Below, one piece after another: positions 1 through 9,666 of a stretch of 64,000 nucleotides of DNA (the stretch's first letter is position 1; each line of letters opens with the position of its first letter). This stretch comes from Promethearchaeota archaeon (lineage in GTDB: Archaea; Asgardarchaeota; Lokiarchaeia; Sigyniarchaeales; SOKP01): the NCBI GenBank assembly GCA_016839555.1, contig JAEOUA010000010.1:224001-288000 (forward strand), given 5' to 3'. A model generated the notes under the pieces. The model was not told the DNA's origin. It saw only the letters and a list, made by a program, of their open reading frames with translations, and made no database searches. A program made the translations under genes and the position numbers.

Positions 1-1
1 T

Positions 2-928
2 CTAACTATTAATAGTACGGAAAAAATCAAAATAAATCCATCCCTTTATATTGATAAAGCTGGTAGACCACATACAGTATGGACCGAAGTAAATAAAACT
101 AATTCTAGCTATTACAATATCTATTATAATAAAAACTTTTTAACAACGGAAAGAATAACAAATTATTCTGCGGAAGAAGCAACCAATCCGCAAGTTATTT
201 GCGATTCTGAAAATAAACCCCATATAGTATGGCAAGAGAAATATGTTGTTGGAATTGGTACTAGTATAAAAATAAGGCATATATGGTATGATGAGGGATG
301 GAAAGACATAGAAGATATAAGTCAAATAGGAGAATATATAACTTGTAAAGATCCCAGTATCGCTGTAGATAGTTCAGGCAACATACACGTTGTTTGGCAA
401 ACACACGATAGTACATTCTCTTCCTCCTCCATAAATTATAAAGTTTGGGATAAAATAACTGAAGAATGGGGATCAACTAAGACAATCGCAAATATTGAAT
501 CAACAGAATATGTTTTCCCTGAGATTGCGATTGATAGTGCGGATAATATACATATAGTATATGGAGATGATCCAAATGCTACATTGGAAAGAGATTTATT
601 TTACATAAATCTTTTGAGTGATTCAATCATTTGGAGTCCAGCTCAATGTATAGCAAATGGTACTAAGAGTGTATGGGAGTTCTCTATTACAGCAGATATT
701 TACGACAAAATACATATTGTATGGGAAGATTATTCAAATTTTAACAATTCGGGAGATGATTCAGACATATTTTATAGGCGATTAACTTTAATTCAAAGGA
801 AACAAAATATCCTATTCCTTCTCCCGAGCAGTCAAGCGCCACAGATTCCAGGTTATAATATTCTTATCTTAATTGGTGCGATTTCTGTAATATCGATGAT
901 TATAATGAAAAAATATTTGAAAATATGA
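2..928 (+). CDS. Cell-surface beta-propeller-repeat protein with Loki-CTERM-type sorting tail (5' partial)
   Basis: Frame is open from nt 2 into the 584..928 ORF. Repeated P-x-I-x-x-D-x-x-x-x-x-H-x-V-W units (NPSLYIDKAGRPHTVW, NPQVICDSENKPHIVW, DPSIAVDSSGNIHVVW, FPEIAIDSADNIHIVY, SITADIYDKIHIVW). Ends IPGY + hydrophobic helix + KK. Confidence 0.8.
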   Translation, partial: LTINSTEKIKINPSLYIDKAGRPHTVWTEVNKTNSSYYNIYYNKNFLTTERITNYSAEEATNPQVICDSENKPHIVWQEKYVVGIGTSIKIRHIWYDEGWKDIEDISQIGEYITCKDPSIAVDSSGNIHVVWQTHDSTFSSSSINYKVWDKITEEWGSTKTIANIESTEYVFPEIAIDSADNIHIVYGDDPNATLERDLFYINLLSDSIIWSPAQCIANGTKSVWEFSITADIYDKIHIVWEDYSNFNNSGDDSDIFYRRLTLIQRKQNILFLLPSSQAPQIPGYNILILIGAISVISMIIMKKYLKI

Positions 929-1066
929 ATGTATATCTAATACATCATATTTTCTGTTTTCTTTTTTTTAATGAGACAAGCAAAAATGATAGAGAGATTA
1001 AAAAACCTTTAAAATAAGAATCATATTATTCTCTAAATAGATTTTTCTTAGTTGATATAAGTATAA

Positions 1067-1774
1067 CTAAATTAATTCTCTTAAATCAGATAAGGTACCC
1101 CTAAAATTTGGTTCCGGAGTTTCTGGACTCAAATCAGTATTTTCATTTTCAATCAAAAAAGTTTTGCAGCCCAGTTTAGCTGCAACCATATCTTTATCTT
1201 CATCTCCAACCATTAAGCACTTTTCTGGGGAAATTTTAATTTTCTCTGCTATTTGTTTAAAATATAGTAAATTTGGTTTTGTAGCGCTAACTTGGTCATA
1301 GCTGGTTATGAGATCATAATCAAAATCACCTAAATCTCCCCAATCTAAGCGTTGTCGAATAGCCGTCTCGGGCAATAATGGTGTGGTGGCAATCACTACT
1401 TTATATCCATTTTCAAACGCATTTTTAACAGTTGGTCGGGCCTCAGGCTTTTTATTCGCATATTGTTTGAGCTTATGAAACTCCTCTTTATAAAATTGTA
1501 TAAAGCGCGGCTCTAAATCGTCCCGCGTATAGCCCTCAATTGGAAAAAAATAGGTCGCAAAAATCTCTTCATTGGTAGCCTCTCCATTATTATTTTCAAG
1601 CCTATTAGAGGCTTCAAGAAGTCGAGGGATAAATATTTTTCGAGGTATATATTCTTTTACATAATTGGAAAGCAACTTGATATAACCGGGAATAAATTTC
1701 TTAAGATTAATATCAATAAGAGTCCCATCAAGATCAAATAATATTGCCTCAATATGAGTACCATTGATAATCAT
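1067..1774 (-). CDS. HAD-superfamily hydrolase
   Basis: Motif I FDLDGTL, motif II VIATT, motif III KP, motif IV GDEDKD. Confidence 0.9.
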   Translation of the reverse strand: MIINGTHIEAILFDLDGTLIDINLKKFIPGYIKLLSNYVKEYIPRKIFIPRLLEASNRLENNNGEATNEEIFATYFFPIEGYTRDDLEPRFIQFYKEEFHKLKQYANKKPEARPTVKNAFENGYKVVIATTPLLPETAIRQRLDWGDLGDFDYDLITSYDQVSATKPNLLYFKQIAEKIKISPEKCLMVGDEDKDMVAAKLGCKTFLIENENTDLSPETPEPNFRGTLSDLRELI

Positions 1775-1830
1775 ATTTAGTATTATGTTGTTTTTTTGAA
1801 TAATTTTTTGCTTAATTTATTAAGTTTAAT

Positions 1831-2679
1831 TTGTTTATGCTTTTCTCAAAAATTATTAAATTGAAAAAAGATGATATAATATATAAAAAAGAGGATTTTA
1901 GAAAAAAGGATCAAAAATTATTTGAATTTATTAAGAGTAAAAGTATAATGATCACGGAATTAAGTCCCAAAATAATCGAAGCGTTTGATAGGGTAAGAAA
2001 AATATATTTCCTACAAGGGTTTGAAAGGATTTCTAAAGAAACTAAAAATATACTTAAATCTAATTTGAAGAATGAAGAATATTTAATGGATATTAAATCT
2101 ACGATTGAATTAATAATCGAATCTCAATATGAGGAAAAACTTACTGAATTTGATGAATTTTTCATCTTACCTCATCTTAAAGAAGAATTAGCTTTAATCC
2201 ATACATATTTAATTGATCTCTTGAAGGGAGATCCTGATGTGGAGAATTTAAAATGCTTCATTATTTTTAATCCCAAAACTGGCATCGTGAGATTTGGATG
2301 GAACCATCAGATTTTCAAAAAGGATATTGATCTTGTGGCAGGACTATTTACTGCTATAACCAGTTTCTCCAAAGAAGCAATTGAAAGACAGCTGAAGGGT
2401 TTAAGCGTGGAAGGAATGGAATTTCAGATGATTTCTTTTAAAAAATGTGATATAGCAATATTATATATATTAGAGAGGGACCCTTCCCCTCTTTTGATAA
2501 AAAGATTAAACATATTCGCTACTGAACTTGAGAATGAATTTTTAGAATTATTTGGAACAATGGATTTTATAGATTTTACAGACGATAAAGAGGTAAGGGA
2601 AAAAATGTATAAAATAATGGTTAATATTTTAAGATTTGATTATAAGAAATTAGCCAAAAAGGATAATCATAAAGAATAA
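1831..2679 (+). CDS. Hypothetical protein with C-terminal longin/roadblock-like domain
   Basis: FIIFNPKTGIVRF...DIDLVAGLFTAITSFSKE...LKGLSVEG pattern typical of Asgard longin-like domains; start codon uncertain. Confidence 0.65.
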   Translation: MFMLFSKIIKLKKDDIIYKKEDFRKKDQKLFEFIKSKSIMITELSPKIIEAFDRVRKIYFLQGFERISKETKNILKSNLKNEEYLMDIKSTIELIIESQYEEKLTEFDEFFILPHLKEELALIHTYLIDLLKGDPDVENLKCFIIFNPKTGIVRFGWNHQIFKKDIDLVAGLFTAITSFSKEAIERQLKGLSVEGMEFQMISFKKCDIAILYILERDPSPLLIKRLNIFATELENEFLELFGTMDFIDFTDDKEVREKMYKIMVNILRFDYKKLAKKDNHKE

Positions 2680-2741
2680 TTCTTACAACGCAATTTTAAT
2701 TAATTAAAAATGAAATTATGATAAAATATAAAAAGTAAAAT

Positions 2742-3404
2742 ATGAGTATACAAAATTTTTTGAATCAATTGCATCAAAAAATTAAAATTTTTCATGATAT
2801 TGTCAAAAAAGAGGTCTTTTATCTAAGTGAGTGTAATTTATCAGTCATAAAATCTAAAAATGAATCAGATGTGATGCCTCTTTCCATGGCAATCTTTTTT
2901 TTAAGAAATATAGTGAAAGAAATGTCCCGATCGAGTATTAAAATAAAAGATTTTAATAGATTAGAAGCAAATATTAAAAACCTTTTTCAAAAATTTATTG
3001 ATACTCCCGAATTAATTAATTTTGATAAAGGAGAAGATTTATTTATTAAATTAAATGAGCAAAGTTCATTATCTATATTTCAACCGCTATTTAATAATTT
3101 TTTTCAAGAAAATATAAATAAAGAAGTAATGAAACACAACTGTCTTACATTAAAAGAAAGTTTAATCAATTTTGAGAATTTTAAAGAGAAATATAGAGAA
3201 TTCAATTTAAAATGTCAGAATTTTGAGAATTTAAGAGAAAAGTTTGAAAGATTGCAAAATCTCTTAAACGTTGGAGACTTGAAAACACTTAACGAACAAA
3301 ATATAGAAGATTTTAGATTATTTCGAAGTTTTTTGCCTTTTAGCGCAAATTCCGAATATGTAATTGATATTGAACAGAAAAAAATAGTTAAATTATCCAA
3401 ATAA
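2742..3404 (+). CDS. Hypothetical helical/coiled-coil protein
   Basis: 220-aa ORF co-oriented with neighbours; no recognisable motif. Confidence 0.6.
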   Translation: MSIQNFLNQLHQKIKIFHDIVKKEVFYLSECNLSVIKSKNESDVMPLSMAIFFLRNIVKEMSRSSIKIKDFNRLEANIKNLFQKFIDTPELINFDKGEDLFIKLNEQSSLSIFQPLFNNFFQENINKEVMKHNCLTLKESLINFENFKEKYREFNLKCQNFENLREKFERLQNLLNVGDLKTLNEQNIEDFRLFRSFLPFSANSEYVIDIEQKKIVKLSK

Positions 3405-3450
3405 TTGATTTATAAATTTAATAGAAAGTAATCAAATATTCCTTGAAATC

Positions 3451-3816
3451 ATGCAATTAAAAGAAGTAATGAGATTTTTATTAGAAGAAGTAGAAAATAA
3501 TTGTTTTATTAAAATCTCGGATTTTTTAAGCGAAAAAAATTTAGATTCCGTAAATACTAAAGACTTAATTAAAGTGATTAAGAAAATACCTCATAGTAAA
3601 TTACTCTTGGATACAAATGATGAGGTAATATATTCATATAATTTAGTTTATACATATTGTAGAGAGAAGTTTTTCGAATCTTTAGCTAATCAAAACGAGA
3701 TTAATCTTACTTCAGATGATTTTGAAAACTTTAAACCAGAAGATATAATTCGGATTTTTTGTAATATTAATAGAGAATTTTTCGATTTTCTTATTTCAAT
3801 TATCAGAGAAAAGTAA
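3451..3816 (+). CDS. Hypothetical protein, possible winged-helix fold
   Basis: 121-aa ORF; helix-FIKISDF-helix-strand pattern is only weakly suggestive. Confidence 0.55.
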   Translation: MQLKEVMRFLLEEVENNCFIKISDFLSEKNLDSVNTKDLIKVIKKIPHSKLLLDTNDEVIYSYNLVYTYCREKFFESLANQNEINLTSDDFENFKPEDIIRIFCNINREFFDFLISIIREK

Positions 3817-3990
3817 GTCGGTAAAAGCATTAAGATTTATATGTTATTGGAGAATTTCTTCATCAACTATAAAACAAAATCAAGAATTTGTTATAATTTT
3901 ATTTATAACCTCATTCAATATGAATAATGGTCAAATTATTAAAATTAAGTTAATTTTTTTATATATCAGAATAAATTTTTACATTATTTT

Positions 3991-5199
3991 ATGAATTTAA
4001 ATCTAGTTCCTCTCGAACGAACTGTATATGTTGGCGACAAACTGCCAGTTCAAGTAAAATTTATCTTTGATGAAGAAGAAGAGCTTTATTGGAGTGGGAT
4101 TATATTAATTACTTCTCCTCCATGTGCAAAGGAATTACAAATAGCAAGAAAAGAAATTTTTACAAAAGGAAATTTTGAGGCAGGAGAATATATTCGAAAA
4201 AAATCAATAACTATAAAAAATAATGTTGTACCAACTATAGAAAAGAGAGATCTAGTTTATAATATTCAATTATTATTGAGAAAACCTAATCCAATTAATC
4301 CAGATGAGCATCTAATCATTAAGAGGAAAGAAAAAATAGAAATCCTTCCCAAGAAAACCGCTGAACAGAGGTCTACGAGCCCATTATCTTTTTCAATTTC
4401 TAATTTGAACGTAAATGTAAAAAAAGACGTTTTTAAGCCAGGAGAAACAATTAAGATAAACTTTTCATCAAAAGGTTTAAAGGAATTAGAAGTAAGATTA
4501 CTCCAAAAAGCAAATTTAGTTTGCCATTGTGAACAATATGGTAAAAGCTGTCAGCAAGTTGATAATTTGCCTCCTGCGATTGCTGGTAAAGCACGGAAAA
4601 AAGCAAATACAGAAGAAGGATATTTATTAATCAAAGTACCTGAAACAGCAGAACTCACCCATAATTACTTATGGGAACCCTCAGAAAAAGAATTTTGGGG
4701 ATTAAAATATGGAGATTATTGCGAATGGTCTTTATTAGTGATTGGGCGAAAAGATCCTGAATACGGAAAAGAAGCTATAAGATTTGAATTGCCAATTTCA
4801 ATTACCGCAAAACCAATTGAAGAAAGAAAAATTGGTGTAGATTTATTTTCTGAATCAAAATCAGGGGCTTCCTCTTTATTTGAAGGAGTCTCGACGCAAT
4901 TTCAGAAAAAATTTAATGTATTATCAACATCTTTGTTGAGTGAAAGTGGGACTGATTTAAAAAAGTATAAAATACAAATAGAAAATATATCAAAGAAAGC
5001 CCTTGAAGGAGCAACAATAAAATTGTCAGGCCTTCAAGAGGGATTATTCGAGACTGCCCCTTCCATCACGGGGTTTAAAAAATGGGAAGAAGGTGAGGTA
5101 AAGGATATTATATATGAAACAAAGCAACCAATAACTGCATTAGTAAGCGTTATCGAAGATAACTCGCAAATGATTGTGAGAACACAAAAACCTATTTAA
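3991..5199 (+). CDS. Arrestin-fold-like (alpha-arrestin/Vps26/Spo0M-like) beta-sandwich protein
   Basis: Two sandwich starts (RTVYVGDKLPVQV; KDVFKPGETIKINF...ELEVRLLQ), plus GNFEAGEY...VVPTI...LVYNIQLLL and FELPISI. Extra C-terminal Ig-like segment. Confidence 0.6.
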   Translation: MNLNLVPLERTVYVGDKLPVQVKFIFDEEEELYWSGIILITSPPCAKELQIARKEIFTKGNFEAGEYIRKKSITIKNNVVPTIEKRDLVYNIQLLLRKPNPINPDEHLIIKRKEKIEILPKKTAEQRSTSPLSFSISNLNVNVKKDVFKPGETIKINFSSKGLKELEVRLLQKANLVCHCEQYGKSCQQVDNLPPAIAGKARKKANTEEGYLLIKVPETAELTHNYLWEPSEKEFWGLKYGDYCEWSLLVIGRKDPEYGKEAIRFELPISITAKPIEERKIGVDLFSESKSGASSLFEGVSTQFQKKFNVLSTSLLSESGTDLKKYKIQIENISKKALEGATIKLSGLQEGLFETAPSITGFKKWEEGEVKDIIYETKQPITALVSVIEDNSQMIVRTQKPI

Positions 5200-5376
5200 A
5201 ATTCTAAAATATCATCTGAAATTTTCATAATTTTTTCTCTTTATTTTGAACTGATTAAAACCTTTATTTAAAAGCTATATTTTATTGACCAGTTCCGCAT
5301 AGAGTAAAACAGCTAATAAAAGCTCTGAAGGAATTTTTTTCTTATTTATAAAAATCTATTACTCAAAATGCTTAAG

Positions 5377-5392
5377 CGAAATGCTTTATAAA
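5377..5392 (+). promoter_or_regulatory. Putative BRE/TATA promoter of uxaC (leaderless or very short leader)
   Basis: CGAAATGC followed by TTTATAAA (5385-5392), 22 nt upstream of ATG 5415; no SD. Confidence 0.45.
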
Positions 5393-5414
5393 GTAAAAAA
5401 TCTTTTGTTTATTT

Positions 5415-6782
5415 ATGGCATTTTTAGATGATAATTATTTATTAACAAACAATACAGCAAAAACGATATATGATCAGATAAAAGATCTACCGATTTTAGA
5501 TGCTCACAATCATGCTGATGTTAAAGAAATCCGAGAAAATAAGAATTATTCTGATATATGGTATATAGAAGCAGCAACAGACCATTATGTGTGGGAATTA
5601 CTTAGAAAAAGAGGCGTGGAAGAGAAATATATTACTGGAAGTGCATCAAATAAAGAGAAATGGATGAAATTAGCAAACGTTTTTGAGCAGCTCGTGGGTA
5701 ATCCCGTATATGAATGGGTTCATTTAGATCTTAAGAGAAGATTAGGAATAGATCTATTAATTAATGAATACAATGCTGAGAAAATTTGGGATATAACAAA
5801 AGAGCTTTTAGAGCAGGAAAATTTTAAACCTCAAGCGCTTTTAAAAGAGATGGATGTTGAACTGATGTGCTCAACAGATGATCCCATTGATTCACTTGAA
5901 GATCATAAAGCTTTAAAGGAATCAGATTGCAAAACTAAAGTTTTACCAACATGGCGACCTGATAAATCTATGCATATTAATAAAGTGGGATTTCCTGATT
6001 ATATTAAAAAACTTGAAGAACGCGTTCAGAAGCAGATACTAAATATTGATGATTTAATTGAAGCACTACAAGAAACACATGATTTTTTCGAGAAGATGGG
6101 CGCAAAAGCAAGCGATCATGGTGTGGAGGTACCTTTTGGATATATTATTGATCATCAAAAAGCGGATCAAATATTTCAAAAGAGGATGAAGGGAGAAAAT
6201 GTAAAAAAAGAGGAGGAAAAGGCATATATATCTTATATGCTTCATAAGTTCGGTGAGATGAATGTAAAATCCAATTGGGTTATGCAAATCCATTTAGGAG
6301 CCATGAGAGATATTCGAGATACACTATATAATAATATTGGGCCGGATTCAGGAGGAGATATTTCCAATCATTTTATTCCCATTGTAGAACCACTAAAAGC
6401 TTTTCTGAATAAATTTGATGAGAGATTAAAAATCGTCCTCTATGCTCTTGATCCAACACATTATCCAACATTAGCTACATTAACTCGCGCATTTGGAGAG
6501 ACCGTAAGCTTAGGAGCTGCATGGTGGTTTAATGATTCTCCTATTGGAATGAAACGACAATTAGAATATATTGGCACTGTAGACTTATTAATGAATTTTG
6601 CTGGAATGGTCTCTGATTCGAGAAAATTAATGTCGTATGGGTCAAGAACTGAAATGTTTCGAAGAGTACTTTCAGATGTTTTGGGAAATTTAGTTGAGAA
6701 AGGGCAAATACCTTTAGAACTTGCTATTCGGGGTGCTGTTCATATTTGTTATGAAAGAAAAAAGGTTTTATTCAACTTCTAA
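5415..6782 (+). CDS. uxaC: Glucuronate (uronate) isomerase
   Basis: DAHNH, DHYVW, STDDP, PTWRPD, QIHLG, GAAWWFND, SDSR, RTEMFRR motifs. Confidence 0.95.
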   Translation: MAFLDDNYLLTNNTAKTIYDQIKDLPILDAHNHADVKEIRENKNYSDIWYIEAATDHYVWELLRKRGVEEKYITGSASNKEKWMKLANVFEQLVGNPVYEWVHLDLKRRLGIDLLINEYNAEKIWDITKELLEQENFKPQALLKEMDVELMCSTDDPIDSLEDHKALKESDCKTKVLPTWRPDKSMHINKVGFPDYIKKLEERVQKQILNIDDLIEALQETHDFFEKMGAKASDHGVEVPFGYIIDHQKADQIFQKRMKGENVKKEEEKAYISYMLHKFGEMNVKSNWVMQIHLGAMRDIRDTLYNNIGPDSGGDISNHFIPIVEPLKAFLNKFDERLKIVLYALDPTHYPTLATLTRAFGETVSLGAAWWFNDSPIGMKRQLEYIGTVDLLMNFAGMVSDSRKLMSYGSRTEMFRRVLSDVLGNLVEKGQIPLELAIRGAVHICYERKKVLFNF

Positions 6783-6796
6783 AATTAGTTCACATA

Positions 6797-7039
6797 TTAT
6801 TTTTTAATATTTAACTCTTTTTTAAGGATTTCAATATGTTTTTCAGTAAGTTTCTTAGGTTTTTTCGGCGTTTCAGACTTATTTTTCTTAAAATGAGAAA
6901 ATGGAATAAATATTTGAGAATATAAATTAAATAAATCCTGTAATGACGTGAATTTTTGTTGTATTTGGTTTTGTAAATCAATAAATTCTTTACGGTCTAA
7001 TTTTTCGCTATTGAGCTGAATAATCAGATCTTTCGACAT
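6797..7039 (-). CDS. Small hypothetical protein downstream of the MglA-like GTPase
   Basis: 80-aa ATG ORF filling the gap, co-oriented with the GTPase. Confidence 0.55.
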   Translation of the reverse strand: MSKDLIIQLNSEKLDRKEFIDLQNQIQQKFTSLQDLFNLYSQIFIPFSHFKKNKSETPKKPKKLTEKHIEILKKELNIKK

Positions 7040-7177
7040 TATGATCTAATTAGTTTGAATCTTTTTAAAGAACCAGAGATTGAAGATTTAATAAATTATT
7101 CATCCTTTAAAAAATGAATTTAGATTTTTTTCTAGTAAAATAATAGTTCTAAAGGGGCAAACAAAACTTTTTGAATC

Positions 7178-7774
7178 TTAATTGTTATTAAGAAGAGTAG
7201 TTTTTTGATAAGATTTTGATAGAATTAAGGTTAGGATTTTTTCGAATGTTTCTAGTACACCTTCGCCGTTTAGGGCGATTGTTCGAATAAGCGCGATATT
7301 ATCATAAGATTCATAGTTGATTTCTTTTAAAAAATGAGGCACCGCAAATTTTTCTCGCAAATCCTGTTTGTTTAAGGCAATCACTTTAGGTATTTCATTT
7401 AAGGTTTTTCTATTAAAATATCTCTTCAGCTCTTTCCACGAATTAATGTTCCTCTTGAGTGCTTCTTTGTAAGAATCGGCAACAAATATAATTCCGTCTG
7501 TTGCCCTTACAACTGTTGGACGTGTGATAAGGTAAAAATCCTGACCTGTAGTAGTATAAATATTCATTTTAAGCTTCCAGTTCTTATTCTGAAAGGTAAT
7601 TGTTCCATAATCAAAAAATAAGGTTCTATTTACAGTGCTTTCGATGCTCTGTATCTCTTCTCCTTTACCAAAGTGATTGAATAAACTCTTAATAGAGGTT
7701 GTTTTACCCGACATTGCAGGGCCATAGTAGACAATTTTAAGCTGAATAACCTTTTCCAAACTATTAATTATCAT
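7178..7774 (-). CDS. MglA-like small GTPase
   Basis: KIVYYGPAMSGKTT (G1), RTLFFD (MglA switch I with Arg), TTTGQ (G3 lacking Asp), DGIIFVADS, NKQD (G4). Confidence 0.88.
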   Translation of the reverse strand: MIINSLEKVIQLKIVYYGPAMSGKTTSIKSLFNHFGKGEEIQSIESTVNRTLFFDYGTITFQNKNWKLKMNIYTTTGQDFYLITRPTVVRATDGIIFVADSYKEALKRNINSWKELKRYFNRKTLNEIPKVIALNKQDLREKFAVPHFLKEINYESYDNIALIRTIALNGEGVLETFEKILTLILSKSYQKTTLLNNN

Positions 7775-7853
7775 TTTTTACATTTAATAGTTATAAAAAG
7801 AATTATTTAAAGAACGAGATAATTCTAATCAAAAATCCAAAAAACTTTTTTAA

Positions 7854-8183
7854 TCAAAGATGATAGATTTTTTTCATTTTTTTATTGATTTTGCGTTTTA
7901 TTTGCTTACTTATATGACCTAATTCTCCAATAATAAGATTCTTACTAATAGTGGCTATTTTATCTAAAAAGATTGTAGAACTAACTTTCAAATTAGTAAT
8001 CGGAAAATCTTTATAATTTTTATCTAAGATAATATAAGTTTCTTCTGAGGATTTTGGTATTTTAGAAGATATAAATACCACAACCACATCTTTTGGTCTT
8101 TCAAGGATAACTAGAGCTGGTCTTCTCTTAACTGTTTTTAAATCGGTAAACGTGAATGGAATTAAAACAATTTTTCCTTTCAT
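7854..8183 (-). CDS. Type II toxin, PemK/MazF family endoribonuclease
   Basis: KGKIVLIPF.FTD...KRRPALV, ISS, LKVSS...DKIATI, IGELG. Confidence 0.9.
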   Translation of the reverse strand: MKGKIVLIPFTFTDLKTVKRRPALVILERPKDVVVVFISSKIPKSSEETYIILDKNYKDFPITNLKVSSTIFLDKIATISKNLIIGELGHISKQIKRKINKKMKKIYHL

Positions 8184-8422
8184 TTGTATCGCTTAATTAA
8201 ATCTTCATCTGTATAGATATCGGGTTCTTTTTCAAGGAACTCTTTTAAAGAACGTTCAGAAAGCATTTCTAATTCTTGACAAAATATTGGTCCTTCTTGA
8301 TATTTTAAATTTTTCAAATAATTTTCAATAGCTCTGCTTGCGATAGAAGACCAATTTACTTCAGGGTAATCTTCCATTTTTTTTACTAATTCTTCTGGGA
8401 TGGAGATTATTAGTTTACTCAT
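8180..8422 (-). CDS. Cognate antitoxin (N-terminal ribbon-helix-helix)
   Basis: LIISIPEELVKKM...VNWSSIASRAI RHH pattern; acidic C-terminus; 4-nt ATGA overlap with toxin start. Confidence 0.8.
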   Translation of the reverse strand: MSKLIISIPEELVKKMEDYPEVNWSSIASRAIENYLKNLKYQEGPIFCQELEMLSERSLKEFLEKEPDIYTDEDLIKRYK

Positions 8423-8917
8423 TTCTCTATTATTAATATAATACCATAATATAAATTTCTTTCTTTACATTAAGAATTAATTTAAAATTTTTTAAACTAT
8501 ATTCCCATATTAATATCTTGATTATCTTTCTTTAATATTTTCAATAAATCCGATATTCTTTCTCTACTTTAATCTTAAATTCTACATTATTTTCATTAAA
8601 TAATTATCATTTAATTCATAAATAATATGATAAATATCGTATTTGGATCTTCAAAATTAGCTATCCCAGATATAATATTTGAAAATTTTTAAATCTTTAA
8701 AAATTTATAAAATATTCCTAAAAGTAATATTTTGCCTTACTCTAATATGTTTTGAGAGCTATAATAAAATCTGATCAATATTACCCTCTAAACTTTGTGA
8801 TAATATTATGATTCATTTCTACAAAAAAAGAAAAAGAATTACATAAAGAAGAATATTTTTTTTAAAAATATATAGAAGGACTTAATTCAATTATAATTAA
8901 GAAAAAAGGGGTTAATA

Positions 8918-9466
8918 TTATGTCTCTTCTGCCTTTAATTTAGATGTGATTCTTTTAGTCAATTCAATAAACGCCTTTTCAACATTTTCATTGGTTTTAG
9001 CAGAAGTTTCTATATATATACTGCCTCTCTCCTTAGCAAACTCAGATGGAAGATTTGGTTCAATAATTCTTCCTACCTCCGAAATTAAATCTAATTTGTT
9101 TCCAATTAAAATAAAAGGAACTTCATGCTTCGTATAAGTTAACATCTCAGCATACCATTTTTTTATCAAATTATCATAGGTAAACGCTCTACTCAAATCA
9201 AAAACTAATAGAGCACCATTAGTACCTCTATAAAAATTGCGGCGCAAATACTTGAAGCGCTCTTGTCCTCCAATATCCCAAATAGTGAGAGTTGCTGAGA
9301 GATTTTCAAAATCAACTTTTTTATTCATAATATCAACCCCCATTGTCATTTCATATGAAGAAGAAAACCTGTTATGAACAAAACGATTAACTAAACTTGT
9401 TTTTCCCACGGATCCAGGGCCAATCAAAATGATTTTATATTGATACTTCATAATATTTTGACACAA
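8918..9466 (-). CDS. Rab/Ras-like small GTPase
   Basis: GPGSVGKTS, TMGVD, IWDIGGQERF, FYRG, GNKLD, ETSAK; no C-terminal Cys; real start may be the ATG of MKYQY. Confidence 0.93.
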   Translation of the reverse strand: MCQNIMKYQYKIILIGPGSVGKTSLVNRFVHNRFSSSYEMTMGVDIMNKKVDFENLSATLTIWDIGGQERFKYLRRNFYRGTNGALLVFDLSRAFTYDNLIKKWYAEMLTYTKHEVPFILIGNKLDLISEVGRIIEPNLPSEFAKERGSIYIETSAKTNENVEKAFIELTKRITSKLKAEET

Positions 9467-9666
9467 ATTAAATTAAATTAAAAATTTTACTCCTAGATTA
9501 ATTAGTAAAATTAATAGATAATAAAGATATCATTTTTAGCGTGTATTGTTAAAAAACGGTACTTTAAGTTTTAGATTTTAGACTCTAGAATCAATCAATA
9601 TAAATAGATTTATTAAGAAAAATGAGAATTATAATTAATAAAACTAAAAATAAATTTTAGATTTGT

